Assembly: GCA_964016885.1 (NCBI GenBank)
Contig: OZ024745.1
Span: 55,552,001 to 55,616,000 of the forward strand
From: Eledone cirrhosa
Lineage: Eukaryota
Direction: 5' to 3'
Length of the DNA stretch: 64,000 nucleotides
The notes under the pieces were generated by a model. That model ran no database searches. It was not told the DNA's origin and was given only the letters and a program-made list of their open reading frames with translations. Positions 29,458-43,341 of the stretch are shown here, piece by piece. The position numbers and the translations under genes were made by a program. How positions within the stretch are numbered: position 1 is the first letter of the stretch; each line of letters begins with the position of its first letter.

Positions 29458-29657
29458 TACAAGAGTCGGATGAAAGGTTCATAGGATGAACAAGATACTC
29501 TCGTGGAGCGACCAAATGAGATTTATTTTTCAACATAGTTCCTGGAAAGAAGCAATGCATTAATTAATAGAAGAGTTGAAATTATTGCATGCAAAATTGC
29601 AAAGCTCTATCATTACATCTACATATACGGACTATGAATTTTTCAGCCGCGTACGTA
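29458..29657. mobile_element. Mariner-derived miniature relic
   Basis: Imperfect TIRs TAC..CGGATGAAAGGTTCATAG and (reverse complement) TAC..CGGCTGAAAAATTCATAG with TA ends, plus the mariner-like subterminal TTTATTTTTCAACATAGT. Confidence 0.55.
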
Positions 29658-31039
29658 TTAATAGAGATTTCATTTCATTGACATACACAGTCAATAGTTT
29701 TCGTGTTTGCGAGCACCTGATTATATTTGTTTATCTACATGATAATATGCGTGAGCGTGGGTGTGTGTGAGAGGACATGTATATAACTGTGCGCGTGTTT
29801 GTGTGGATGTATAGACTGATGTATGTGTATGTTACCTTAAACAAAAAGTCAATGCATTGTCAATAAACTACTGGAAAGCTCCACTTTTGAGATACAATAT
29901 AATTTTCTGCCAATAATATACAAAATTCGCCATGATACAGCACTTGTTAATGTCTTCTGCTGGATTACCTTTTAATAAATCTGTAGATCTACAAATATCA
30001 TGTTAGCATTCTTTGTTGTCCAATTTGATAGGGAAGCAATAACCTTTCCTTAATTCAGTTTCGAATTTCAATCAATATTGAAAATATAAACGAATATATT
30101 AAAGGATAAAAGTTATAAAATAAATTGTAAATTATTAAGCAATACCAAATAGAATATAAAATAAAAGATATGTTCACAGAAATTTCCATGCAATATTGTC
30201 GACATAATTGTATTTGTAATTTTTAAATGTCCTTTGAGATTTACACATCAATACTAAAAACAAAATATTTTTCTCTGTTTCTCCTTCCATATTTTCACAC
30301 TACTCTCATCCTATTACTCTCTATCTCCGCACAACATTTCTTTCTTTTTATTGATCCTATTTGCACCTAATTATTTTGCGCAAATATTTTCAAAGCACAT
30401 TTGATCCAGGCCGAATGTAATCAGTACGGTGTTTTGAAATCTATAATAAAGCTCTGAATTAATTTTTTTCCTGTTTCTTTTTATTTTGTTATGTGTACTC
30501 TTGTTTGATTAAAGTTTTTGTCATTATTTTATATTTCACATTTATTTTGCTGTTGTTATTATCACCATCTTTGCTACATCATTAGTATTACTTCATGATT
30601 TCAAGGCATAACCGATCAGAAATAAGTGTGCCGTATTTACATGAAATGTGCTTTGTTTTATATTTTTACAGCTCAGATCCAAAACATGAAAGACGGAAGT
30701 GCTAGTTTACTGGCCAGATATCATTCGCGTATTTAATTGCATTCCTTTACGTCAACATTTAATCGTCTTCCATTTTCCCAACTAGTTCCTCGAATAATTA
30801 TCTCTGTTATATTAAAGCTACATTCATAATCGGTGTACACCCAAAACATATCTTGTATCTGCCAAGCATAGAAATAATAATAATAATGTGTAGGGCAGTG
30901 GAGTTCATGTAGGAGAAAATCACTGTACAGTAGCTACAAAATTACATACCTTGCTCTTCTGAGCTAAAATTCTATTGTAGCCGAATTAAATAATTGATCA
31001 TTGAATAAATAATAAAATAACTTACCTGAAGTTTAATAT

Positions 31040-31850
31040 GCCTGTCCCTGTTCATCATCCTATTTTTGAAAAGGGGAACGAATACCTTGCGTGAATGGGT
31101 TGAGAACCCGAATGACACACTTCTTTGAAAAGAACAAACTGCTGAACTCCAGTCAGCATGGATTCCGAAATTTCAGGGACTGCCCAACAAAACTACTGTT
31201 TCACTTTGATGACATCCAAAACGATTTGGGAGGTCGCAGCAACACGGATCTTATTTACATTTATTTCAACAAGACCTTTGATAATATCGATCACATCACT
31301 ATCCAATATTTGAGTCTCTCGAAAGTTACAGCAGTTTGTTAACTCAGCATCGGAGTCCACAAAGCCATGTGTTGGTCCCACATCATTTCATTTTCTACAT
31401 AAATGACGTTATAAATGTCTCCATTCACAGCGCGAATAGACATTTGCAGATTATTCCAAGCTCGAGAGGATCATCACAGAGTAAGAGACTGGACATGCCT
31501 TCAATCGCATCTTCTCGCTTTTATACAACTGGAGACAAAAATCAATATTCTACTAAAGGGGAAATATTTGATTTGCCCTATATTGTAAAAGATTGTGCAT
31601 TGGAGTCACCATATTCTATTCCATTAAGCTAAAGCCTCGTGGCATCAAACAATTCCATGACATTGAAGTAATTTTTGAAAATGACTTTAGCTGGAGCGTT
31701 CACATGTGAAATAAAGTTGACTTTGCCAGTAGGGTGTGTTCCTGGATACTCAGAACTTTACGCTCTATAGATCTTCACACCATCCTCCTACTATAATCTA
31801 TTCTTTGCCTAAGGATCTATCTTCCTATGGATTTGTGCTGAGGAAATATA
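31040..31850 (+). pseudogene. LINE (CR1/L2/Jockey-group) reverse transcriptase relic
   Basis: KNKLLNSSQHGFR..CPTKLL, DLIYIYFNKTFDNIDH, PQSHVLVP..FIFYINDV and FADYSKL occur in order, with frameshifts. Confidence 0.85.
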
Positions 31851-32399
31851 TTGATCGTCTACGGACTGCAACCGTTTACCAAATATCAATAAAAGAAAAG
31901 AAAATGAAATATGTTTTCTAGATAAAGCGCAGTGGTGGTAGAAATATAATATGATAGAAAAAAACAAATTGTACGAATGTATACTTAAATATGGCAAAAA
32001 GGGTGTTCATCAATAGACCTATCCGCTTGTCTATTGATAGATATTCAACGCACTAGTAAAACTCTATTCATATTCAAAAACATCTGAACCTTAACTAAAT
32101 TGAATAATGTCCATTCGTTGTCGGCCTAAAGAAATGAATAATTTATTACATTTAAAGATGATTATTTAGCTTCAACGTAGACGGAAATTTTCTTCAAGGA
32201 TCGCTTAGCTTAATGGTGCAGAGCAATCAGCCGAGATCTGGGAGGTACATAGTTGGCCTATCTTTAACATCTGCTGGTCATTTTTTATAGGAAACAAATT
32301 TGCTCACAGTTAATTTCAGCGTTCGAAACTGTTTAAACACTTGAAGTTACTTGACGTTCGGTATGGTTTATTTACAATTGCTGGTACATTTCAAACTGA

Positions 32400-33600
32400 C
32401 GGTAATTATCGTCAGGGTGGTGATTATCGTATTGGTGGTGACCTTAACCGGCTTGCTCGCCGCACAGTAAGCACTGCAAATGTCGTGACTCCGATAACTG
32501 TCCACTACGGGGCCAATGCCTTACTAGAAGTGTTATATACAAATGTACAGTTACTATCCACAATAGCGTCAAATGCTACATAGGGGCCACTTCTGGCTAG
32601 GAAGCTAAGGCACTCTACATCCCTCGCCAATTCCATCACTTGCTTAAAAGACACAAGCACCAGCTTCTCCATACATTGGGAAATTGTCAACCTCGCAACA
32701 TCCTACAACTTCAAGAAGAACTGCGAGCTCTGTCTCATGGAGCTTTACTATATCGTACAAGCGCCCCCCCTGATCTCATCAACAACCGAGCCGAAACCGT
32801 CATCAATTGCGGCCATAGACTACAGCAGTCGTTCTACAAATGGAACCCGGATAATACCCAAGCACCATAGTACCAGGGCAGTTTACACCGCACCCTGGCA
32901 GGTCTTAAAACGGTGGACTAAAAAATTAAACACCTGTGAACTATATTATCCAGCCACCGTCAGCTCTCAAGGGTGTTGCCCTGCGTCCGTCCGGCTTCAA
33001 TTGCCTCGCCCTACTCCTCCACACCAACGGAATAAATCTTGAGTATCGCTGCAGGATCGATGATGTTTGCCATTTAAACACCTTGGGTATATAATCATGT
33101 GACGATGCAGGACCTGACGTCTACACCTTTACACTTTCCTGCGTTTGTACATTTGTCGAATATACTACCTCATACTAAATTAGACTGTACATAAGTCTCA
33201 CCGACCATTATATTACCGTGATTATTACATATTACATTCATGCCCTAATTGTGCCTCTGCAAAGTGGCGTGACTTAGCATTATCAAATTAGCATATAGTA
33301 TATAGACCCAGCGGAGTAAATGAATATTCTATAATAGTGGAATTGGACTTTAGCAGAGAACTCCAAAATTAACACCGAAATTACTTCCCTTTGTACACAA
33401 ACCTAAGCAGCTAACTCTGTAACACTCGATATGAATTTCGATGTGAACATTGTATTCGTACCCATACAGGGTCCATAATTAAAACTTTTACCTCCATCTG
33501 AGCCTCCGACGAGCCGAACTTGGGGCTAACATGTGTAAGAGCTCCATATAAATTATATTTTAATGGTCTGCTTCTCTTTCTTCATTTTCTTCGATTATAT
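32400..33600 (+). mobile_element. PLE GIY-YIG fragment with 3' region
   Basis: CKCRDSDNCPLRGQCLTRSVIYKCTV..CYIG, then STSLAN..WEIV..KNCELCLMELYYI. A degenerate HHR-like relic (CCGACGA-GCC..GGC-TAACATGTGTA-AGAG) lies near 33505-33541. Confidence 0.8.
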
Positions 33601-34770
33601 ATATATATATATATAGCTTCTAGTAATTTGATGCTACTTAATAGGAAATCGTTATTTGTTTTAATCAATCTCATTTGTAGGGAATATATGTCTCATTCCA
33701 GAACATATCGATTAAAAGCAATGAAGATATTTTGAGATCCTATGAATTATATGTTGATTAAAAATAGTTACAACACGGAACTTCACACAACTAATGATGC
33801 AGCAATTCGAATCAATTAAACCAATATTTCCTACAAAAAATAAATAATCAATATTTGCATTCCTAAAATATTACTCTAGTTATAATGCTAGATCACAAAA
33901 ACCATATGCTGTTGCCTGATGTAATACAGATGACAATGAAGTGTTCTTAGACTATTTTTGTCCATTTTAGATCGACCGACATTTGAAAACAATTTATCAT
34001 TTATAAATAATGTTTTTTTATGTAATCATATAATTTATTGATTATATATAAGATACCGTTTGTTAAAGAGAAATTATTTCGAAATGAAAAGTCTCAAAGT
34101 GGAGAAGAAAACATCATAAAAATATATTGGTATAATCTAAGTGCATCACATCGTTTTTCCGTTAATATTTTAGATATATATTTTTATGTCAGATATATTT
34201 TAGTTATATAGTTCGGTGTCTGGGTGAGTATAATGAAATACTTGATGATACATATATATTTAGATGCGAGCCATACATCGTAACTTGTAGAACACAGTTG
34301 ATTTTTTTCCTGGGATTGTGTGGACACCTTCGATTACAACATTTTCATGTTCATTAATAAATACAGTAACCTCTCTAGATTCCCAATTTCTCCAATTCTG
34401 GATATTTTGTTTAAAAATCACTGTTTCGGTATGTGTCAAATGTGTTTCTAAAAGCGAGGTATAGCACATCGTTTTGACACTCATTTCCAAAACATTACAA
34501 ATTGTCATCAACTTCTGTAAAAATATCAATAATCAATTATTTCCACATTATTACAACAATAAGTCGATTAGACACTTACGAAATAAACTGGATTTAAATA
34601 TGAGATTTTGATTATTTCTAGTTCATTATTAACAAATGAACTAATTTTTGAAACGGCAAAAGCTTTATGGTATAGCCATAGACTTCTACCCCAAATATCG
34701 AGTATTCTGTTGAGTAATGATCTATCTAGTTTCAGACCGCTGCCTTATATATATATATATATAGAACATA

Positions 34771-34870
34771 AGGGTAAATTAGAGAACATCTTTGGCTGTC
34801 ACCGAAATATATATAGCAGTAATAAACGAAGCCAAATTTTAAACATTTGACTTATTTATTTTAGTTTATT
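34771..34870 (+). mobile_element. Chimeric PLE micro-insertion
   Basis: About 28 nt identical to family A coding sequence (EHKGKLENI), fused to the pLTR 3' half of the 52651 family. Confidence 0.75.
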
Positions 34871-34889
34871 TTATATATATATATATATA

Positions 34890-36102
34890 TGATAAAGAAC
34901 ACAAGACCGTCTACAACATCAAAGATTTTTTATTGGCTTACAATGTTTCTTCCTTACGTAACCGTAGGATTCTTCAGAGCTATAAAAGGGGTTTGATTGT
35001 TGTTATGGACTCTACCAACCAAACATTCAAGAACAAAGAGTAAAGAGAGTAAAGAGCAAAAGCAGGGAACAATAAGTCTAATTTAGGTGCGGGAGGGTGG
35101 GGTGTGGGTCCTTGTTTACTAGCTGTGCTCATATTCATTCTCGGGAGTTGAGTGGTTAGTGGAGCCATAGATGGGGTGGCATTTATAGTAGGGTGCAGAG
35201 GGTGTGCAGAGGCTACACACATACAAAGGGCATATAATATATATATAACGGAGGAGAAAGTACATGAGGTAATTAGAAATGGAATAAGAATAATAGTAAT
35301 TTATAGTTAATAATGTATAATAAGGCATAGGAAAGATTACACTATAATAAGATATAAAAGTAAGAATAAAATAAAATATAAGGAGGATAAAAATGAAAAT
35401 AAAAATAAGAATAGAAAAATATATTAAAAATATATAGAGAATATATAAAAAAATATAACCAAGTATGAGAAAGGGAAAAACAGAATGTAAAAAAACAGAT
35501 TTTGTTAAATAAAAATATTATGAATATGGGGGGAGAAAACGGGAGAGAGAAATATAATCATAATGTGATTAGTTGAGAGAATATAAGATGATAAGTGTGT
35601 CAAGTTTATACATCTTAATAATAAAACAATAATATGTATACTAGAGTTACACATCTTTCAATGCACCTGCAAGTCCAACCCATAGGGCATAGTCCATCGC
35701 TCAACTGTGCGGTCGTGTGTGCCTGCGTTCGACCTCACAACCGATCCACAAGTTCGTATATTTCAATGCAAATAGAATTCTATTTTTGCTTACCCGGTCA
35801 TTGACGGAGCATCCGAAATTCCTAGTTCGTCGTTGACCCAATATGTGTGTAGTGTTATTTTGGTCGCATAAATCAGTCACTTGGTTCTATATTACGGAGT
35901 ATGGTTTGCTGGTCTTAGATACACTATCAGTGGTTGTATTTCTCAAAATCACAAGGATCACAGTACTCCGGTTTGGTTTGATTATCGGTCATCCAACTAT
36001 GTTGTCGGTGGTTGGATTCAAATCTATTGCCCAGAACGTAGAACTTTGGTGTTGATTGAACATTAACGAGGCAGAGTGAAATCGCATCTGTGGCAAATAA
36101 CC
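34890..36102 (-). mobile_element. HHR-terminated element between (TA)n tracts, probably a PLE 3' region
   Basis: Bounded by (TA)n, with a strand-biased A-rich body and an HHR near its 3' end. No RT or EN motif recognised. Confidence 0.55.
34936..34980 (-). ncRNA. Type I hammerhead ribozyme
   Basis: GCT-CTGAAGA-ATCCTACG-GTTA-CGTAAGGAA-GAAA-CATTG-TA-AGC, followed by AATAAA. Confidence 0.8.
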
Positions 36103-36406
36103 ATATATATATATATATATATAAAGATATATATATATATATATATATGAATGAATTTATATATATCTATATATATATATATATATATATATATTTCGTT
36201 TCTGAATTTGCTTAGCAAGATTCTTTATCTGAAAACGTGTGTTGAAACCGATATTGTTATGCTTTGGGAGGGTCATGTTGCCACTAAGAAACACATGCAC
36301 CAGTTGCTTTGACTTCAATTTATTATAAATTAAATTTATAAATTTAAGAATTTATAAATTTCAGGTTGGTTGGTTGGTTCCACAACCAGACGATTGTTCA
36401 TATATT

Positions 36407-36449
36407 GTCAAATTTCTTTCGTCACACATTATGTGACCTCTTCAGTGAT
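36407..36449 (-). ncRNA. Minimal hammerhead ribozyme (family A)
   Basis: TCA-CTGAAGA-GGTCACATAATGTGTGAC-GAAA-GAAA-TT-TGAC. Confidence 0.65.
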
Positions 36450-36646
36450 TGGGGATTCCTTTCTTTGTTTTTGTGCCTCTCCTTTGTTCTGTCCTACGCC
36501 ATCTTGTTTGTGTATGTGTTGTGTGCTTAGTTTGCGCATGTGTTACATCCGGGTGTCTGTGTGTTTATATTTGTTTATTTATTTGTTTATTTAGATGTTA
36601 CTGGTTGGTTGTTTGTTCTATGTGTGTATGTGTTTTCATTTTGTCC

Positions 36647-37335
36647 TTAATTGTAAGTTGTGATGTTGCTATTCCATTTATGTTTTCTATTTAATTTGGG
36701 TTGGAGTTCATTTATGTTTATTGCCCCTGTGATTTGTCTAAACATAGCGTCTTTTCTGTGTGTAGATTCTATTTTTATTTCTATGTTCTCTAATTTACCC
36801 TTATGTTCTATTTTAGCATGTTGATGGAGTACAGATGATTCTTTACTATCTTGAAGCTCTCGCCAGTGTTCATTTATCCGTTCTCCTATACTACGAACTG
36901 TCTCACCTATGTACACTATATTCTTATCTCTACATTGTCCTTCAGTGCATCTTATGCCATATACTACATTTCTAGTTTTACAGTTAATATGGGGGCTTAG
37001 TTTACAGATTATACATTTCATATCTATACAGGGAGGTCTTTGAAAAGGGTATCTATTGCTAATAAGTGTTTTTATGGAGGTACCTGGTCTTTCTACTATC
37101 TTAATATTGAGTTTATGTTTATCTAGGGCCCTTCCTAATTTGTAAGGTAATTCATCTCTAGGGGTTGTATTGATGAACATTACAGTCTGGTATTTATTGC
37201 TATCATATCATGAGTTTATTCTATTAACCTTATTCCTAGTTCTTTCTATTCTATTCCAAAATGTGCTCCTATACAAGAGGCAGGTCCCATTTGTATCATT
37301 ATTTACCATTTTTTCCCCATTTGGTTCTGGCTCTG
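36647..37335 (-). pseudogene. PLE linker + GIY-YIG endonuclease domain (Neptune/Nematis-type; 5'-truncated)
   Basis: IVERPGTSIK..PPCIDMKCIICK..NCKTRNVVYGIRC..QC..VYIGETVRSIGERINEH..LHQH..H..RQI..AI.I..PKLNRK. Confidence 0.88.
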
Positions 37336-37388
37336 ATGAAAGAACAAAGGAGAGGCACAAAACAAAGAAGAGAAGAAAAGAATCCCCA

Positions 37389-37431
37389 GTCACTGAAGAG
37401 GTCACATAATGTGTGACGAAAGAACTTTGAC
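37389..37431 (+). ncRNA. Minimal hammerhead ribozyme (family A)
   Basis: GTCA-CTGAAGA-GGTCACATAATGTGTGAC-GAAA-GAAC-TT-TGAC. Confidence 0.75.
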
Positions 37432-37563
37432 AATATATGAACAATCGTCTGGTTGTGGAACCAACCAACCAACCGGAAATTTATAAATTTAATTTATAAT
37501 AAATTGAAGTGAAAGCAACTGGTGCGTGTGTTTCTTATTGGCAACATGACCCTCCCAAAGCAT

Positions 37564-37616
<53 letters not shown>

Positions 37617-37618
<2 letters not shown>

Positions 37619-38431
37619 AATTTAGTATCGCTAAGCAATAATCCTTGTTATGCACACATGTAGGATTCTCTTACAAGACTAAACTTTTCCATAGCTTATA
37701 AACAGGGGCAATCTGAAGTATGTGACGGTTATAGTTGGATATGTGTTTTTGAAAATGTGCGTTAGGGGGAGAAAAGACATTTATGAAAAGAAAAATTCGT
37801 AAAAGCATGGAGCACTAAGACTATTAATGAATGAGTGGGCATGGTATATGATATGGTAATAAAGTTGGCAGGAATACTAAAATGGGCGATATTTAGGGTG
37901 ATAAGGATGAAGATGATGATGACGATAATGATGATGATGATGTTGATGATGATGATGATGATGATGAACATTTTATATGAGATGAATGGAAAATAACATC
38001 GGTAGGAATGAGTTTCTGAATGGTTTCATGGGAGGGAATAAAATATTTGCTGAAAAGTATTTATTAAGAAAAAGGATTTCTTGGGAAGATACTATTAGCT
38101 TTTTGCTGGTGGGAAAGTTCAGTAGATCATGATGAAAAAAGCTAGTAGATGGTAATGAAAATATTTAGTGGATAGTGGACAGTGGAAAATGGTGAGGGTG
38201 AGGTAGGTTCAGTATATAAAATAGGAAGAGAAACAAAAAATAGTATACAGTCGTAAGAAGTAAATGAAAATAAAGAAATGGAAACAAAGGTAAAATTGAC
38301 AAAGAAAAAGACACAATGGGAAAAAGGAGAAAATGAAATAGAAATGGAGAAAGTATATGCGGTGGTGCTGATGATGTAGATGATAGCCATGATGACGATG
38401 ATGATGGGGATGATGATGATGATGGTGGTGG

Positions 38432-38484
<53 letters not shown>

Positions 38485-39427
38485 ATGAGGTGAAATTTGC
38501 AAAATTAGTTAAATTATAGTGAGAGATTTGTAATGGTGGTGGCTGTTGTGGAGATGAGGGAAAATATGAAACTGTGAGTATATGAGAATATGATGAAAGT
38601 AAGAAGGTGGATACGAAAAAAGGAAAAATAAAATAAAAATAATGAATGACAATAAAATAAGAAAATATTTCAGAAATTATTCATAAGAAACATCTACTGA
38701 AGAAATATTTATTGAGAAATAGAATTACTTGAGAAAACAGGATGAACGGTTCAGTAGATTTGTATTAGGGACGGGTGATGATAATGTTGATCAAAATATT
38801 CAGTGTATATTGGACAGTTGGTGATGGTGAGAAGATAGTAGTGGATATAAAACCTGAGAAAAAGAAGTGTTAAATAATTGGTAAGGCCAAGCAGAATGAA
38901 AACGTATGAGGAGAATAACAAATAAAGTAAAAACGGAAGAGAAAAAAGAAATGGACATGGACATAGTATGTAATATAGTGACGGTGATGGTGTTGATGAA
39001 GTGAGATTTGTGAAATTGGTGAAATTATAGTTGTGGATGTTGGTTGTAGTGGGAGAGGTAAAGGGAAATATGAAAATTAGAAAATGTGAAATATGACGAT
39101 GTAATATAATAATATAAGTATCATAATTCATATAGAATATGAAACGGTTTTTGAAAATCTGAGAAGTAGGCAAATAAGGAATTAAAGATTAAAGAAAAAT
39201 GAAATGAAATGGGTGGAAATAATTAAAATACGAAACAAAAGTACAAATGAAGCAATGAAAATAGAAAAATGAATAGGAATAGATGAAAATAAACAAATAA
39301 ATTGAAGTTAGATTGTAGAGTTAGGTTACCCACGGTCTGTAACGTCCAAACGGTGGAATTAGTTCACGATATTAGGAAATTAGAATGGATGGTGATAGTG
39401 GGGAGGAGAAGCTATCAAAATATGAGA

Positions 39428-39524
<97 letters not shown>

Positions 39525-39950
39525 GGGTATTGTTGCAAGATAAGTTGCATATAGTGCCTTGTTTGTTATAGGCTTCCACTTTTGCCATAAAACTCCATCT
39601 AAAGGAAGGATTTGTGGTCCCGTTATCTCTTAATTTGAAAATATATTTAGGCAAGATTGTTGTATTTTGCAATCGGTTTTTTTTAACTGATGTTGTTGTT
39701 GAAAGAAGTTGGTTGTGAAAACAGGTGAAACTCCAGGTTAAAAAGTCACATTGTTTAGCCTTAATATATGAACATCTAAATTCTACTTCGGTAATCAATA
39801 ACTTTTTCCACCTCCGCCAAAACTCACAGATGCATATATATATTATATATGTGGTCAAATATCTTCACACATTGACTGATACTTGTCGGCGTGTGTTTTC
39901 GTGTGTTTGGGGTAGGGAATGCATCACCCTATGTTTTTTTTAACATTGGC
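37617..39950 (-). mobile_element. Old PLE: GIY-YIG relic (39520-39950) plus long low-complexity 3' region with (GAT)n
   Basis: [34 protein letters not shown] is the EN C-terminus, interrupted by (TA)n at 39429-39520. The 3' extent is inferred from strand bias. Confidence 0.55.
38378..38486. repeat. (GAT)n/(GGT)n microsatellite
   Basis: Read directly. It is the source of the poly-His ORF. Confidence 0.9.
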
Positions 39951-42900
39951 AAATCAGAAATTCGTTTTGCTTCAATAAACATAAGTGATGTTAATTAGAA
40001 TATAACTTACCAGTTTGAATGGCATATGTCAGTCAGAATGATCGGATAGATCCCCGGTATATGCTGTTCAGGTATAACCCCGGTGATTGATTAAAGCGAG
40101 AAAAATAATGAAGTATTGAAAAATAGTTTTGTTTTTTTTCTTCCAGTATTGTAAACGAAATTCATAAAATTGCAGTTTTAAAAATATATATAAATTTTGA
40201 GTTCGAATAAATGTATTTCCCGAAATGGAAATATTGCTCGAAGGCAAAAGAACATAAACATAACTTATGTTTTGTTTCAGTATAGCAATCTGTAAAATTC
40301 GAGTCTTTGCTATGTATAGAATATTCAAAAACAAACAAGAAACTTTTGATAATGAAGCGACAGTAGTAAGAGTAAAATGAGATGTTAAAGAAATGGATAG
40401 TTATTTCTGTCATTGAAATATCTGGAGTTTCAGAAATAGAATTGAATATTTACAACAACGTAAACAGAATTATTAATGATAACGATTTTTAAATGTTTTT
40501 CTATGTCTGAAATATGTCAAACATGCGTTGAAAACGAGCGTAGTTGTTTGAATATCAAACATATATACCATGGACGTTATTGGTATTTCCGCACGTGCAA
40601 GCATTACAAAGAATTTCTTTAAGGTTGTCTTCAAAATAAGTATTTATTTATAAATTTGAAAGGTATTTTCATTCATTCATAAGACATACTGCTATATATT
40701 TGTTGCTGCTGCAGTTGGCATTCAGCTTATGTTAACTATGAATTTTCAATCAATAATTTAAAGACTATGGCGTGAAAATGTATCGGAAAATGGCTGCCAT
40801 ATTTAACAGTTAAATGACTACTCAATTACATGCCTTGCAGCAATTATAACAGCAGCAACAATAATGTAATAATAATGGTTTCTTTATTGTCCAGAAAGGG
40901 CTGATGAAAAAGAAAAAAATCGAGAACCGACAGAATAGGATGATACAGTTTCCAGTGTGTATGAATGGGTGTGTGTACTTGTAGATTTATGCGTTTTGCG
41001 AGTGAAAATAAAACAATAAATTGAGAGCAATAAACTTAAAACAAAGAAATACCCCGAAATTGGAGGAGTATTTCCGTGGCTACACGTAGAAAATAATTCA
41101 TGAATGGGAATTGTTACCTTAACAGCTCCGTGCCTGTCTTTGTCTCTCTCAAATCTTCTATCTGCCATTCAATAAAATGACTGGAAAGCAGCAGGTCTCG
41201 CCACCAAGATTATCCTCTTCAAATAACATCCAACACAAGTTCTTTTATTAAGGCCACCAGACAGATGCAATTCACTTACTCTTTCCAGCTAAAGGAATAT
41301 GGTGGCACTCTCTTCATAGACTCAGACAAAGGCGAAAAGTAAGTTGACGCATAGAGGCGACTGGAAGATTACCCCGTTATTTTATTTTCTTTGATTTCTT
41401 TTGCCCTTCTATCTGTGTTGTTCGTGTTATCACACATACATCATACAAACATAATTAATTTGGGTATTAAGGCAAAGGGATATGGTGGGACAGACTCCCC
41501 AAACCAGCATACAGAACAGGCTTTAGCTCCCTTCTACGGACAATAAGGCGAAGGCATTGCCACAGAGGAAAACCAACATAACCATTGCGTCAGACACTCT
41601 ATTTCATGGATTCCGTCCTCAGGCAGGATACAAACCTCGCGAGAAAAAATAAGAGATTGGGGACCGAGAAAATCCGAGCTGACATCTCAACATTCTAAAT
41701 CAGATCAGTACGTTCTTTTATATTCTAAGAGAACAGAAATAGAAAACGTAGGTTAAGAAATGTTTAATCAATTAAGATTATTTTAGAAATATTCAATATA
41801 GAGTTTTTATTTAACTGATTACTCAACAGACATTTACTACTACTATACATAATATAAACGACGAAGAACATATTTAGTCGATTTGAATTTTAAAGTTTCC
41901 AGACAGAGATAGAATCTCTAATGGTTTTCATAATAGAAATGTTCTCTGATATTATCTTACGTACATGATCTATTCTAATTAAATTTGATGTGTAATGTAA
42001 TCTCCATTTTTAACGGACTGTTTCTGTGTATATCGATTTGGATGATATCAATAAACGTGTTCATTTTAAAGGACATTATACGAATGAGCAACTCAAGAGA
42101 ATAAACTAAATTATTTATTTTACACACCTTGAAATATTATTTTTTTATGATGAAAGAATTTTAAATTACTTATGTTTTCCTTTTGTAGTTGCGATGATAT
42201 ATTTTGCTTTATTTAAATGTTTTATTCATTCTAAAGTGTACTTGAGATTAATAACAAATCAATAAACCTATGAAATAACTGACGTACGTAAACGTGGAAA
42301 AGTGGCACGTATTCAATTAATTCTAAACTAATCTCGTATAATTGTTAGCAACATTTATATTTTTACTATTTAAATACTTTGCGTGAGTGTCAGGAAAATG
42401 CATTTTGATATTTATTTGTGTTGGCATACACGGCATGCAATAACGCTGAAGTCGAATTTTAGATTCACCCAATATGGAAGTGCCAGTTAGGCAATTTTGT
42501 GAATGGTATAGTTTGTTTCACAAAAAAAACAACGTTATATGACATTGTGGCTAGTTTGGAAAATAATTTGACTTAGCAAAATGTTTACCTGTCATAATTC
42601 TAGCATAAAGGAATTGCATGTCAAGTCATGCGAAAAATTTCAAATTGAGTGGCCTGTATGTTAAATCAATCATCGTTAAATATAACTCTGTGACACAAGC
42701 AATATATCGATATAGCTAACAGATTTGCTCTGTGAGATAGAATCCTTATTTTATTATCTATGAAAGTATGTGTCTTTGTTTCTACGTGCTTGAGTCTCTG
42801 TGTGAAAATAGCTATATAATGACCAATATTTCTTACCAAGCGAGTTTTATACATTATATCATGCTAAGCAGCATCCTCATGCGTCACTTACACAAATGTC

Positions 42901-43341
42901 ATGTTATTGAAACTTTCTTGAAAATATTCATCAAATTGAAGTTGTCAAATTTTATTTGATACTTATACACGAAATAAATACGTAATTATATGCCAACTTA
43001 ACATCGAGTTACATTTCATCGTGAAATGGTCGTAGACAATCACCGTTATGTTCTTATGGTGTCATTCCAACAAATACTATATCGTCAAATGTCAAAACCA
43101 TCAGACTGACAGACTGACAGGGAGGACATCTTGAAACCGTAAAAAGTACCAATATTGAAGATACGATATATTGTAACAGCTTGCTGTGCTTCCCATTATT
43201 TTCTTATATGTTTAATGGTTATTTAGCCGCTCTTTGCCTACTTTCTTTAGATATTTTATCTTATGTATAAATTATTTTAATTTTATATTCAGATATCTCT
43301 CAACATCTTGTTTTTTCTTTGTTTTTCAGCTATATGATGTA

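Larger units (their letters stand above)
36194..37570 (-). mobile_element. PLE family A, 5'-truncated with inverted pLTR
   Basis: The GIY-YIG ORF lies on the minus strand. About 36250-36500 is inverted at about 37340-37570. Both ends lie in (TA)n. Confidence 0.92.

Noticed and set aside
34260-34529. 89-aa ORF with an upstream acceptor-like TTTTTACAG as a host exon
   Set aside because: No recognisable motif or partner exon, and the alternative frames contain stops. It cannot be supported without RNA data.
41100-41700. Higher-complexity segment, possibly a LINE 5' region
   Set aside because: No motif could be assigned by eye.
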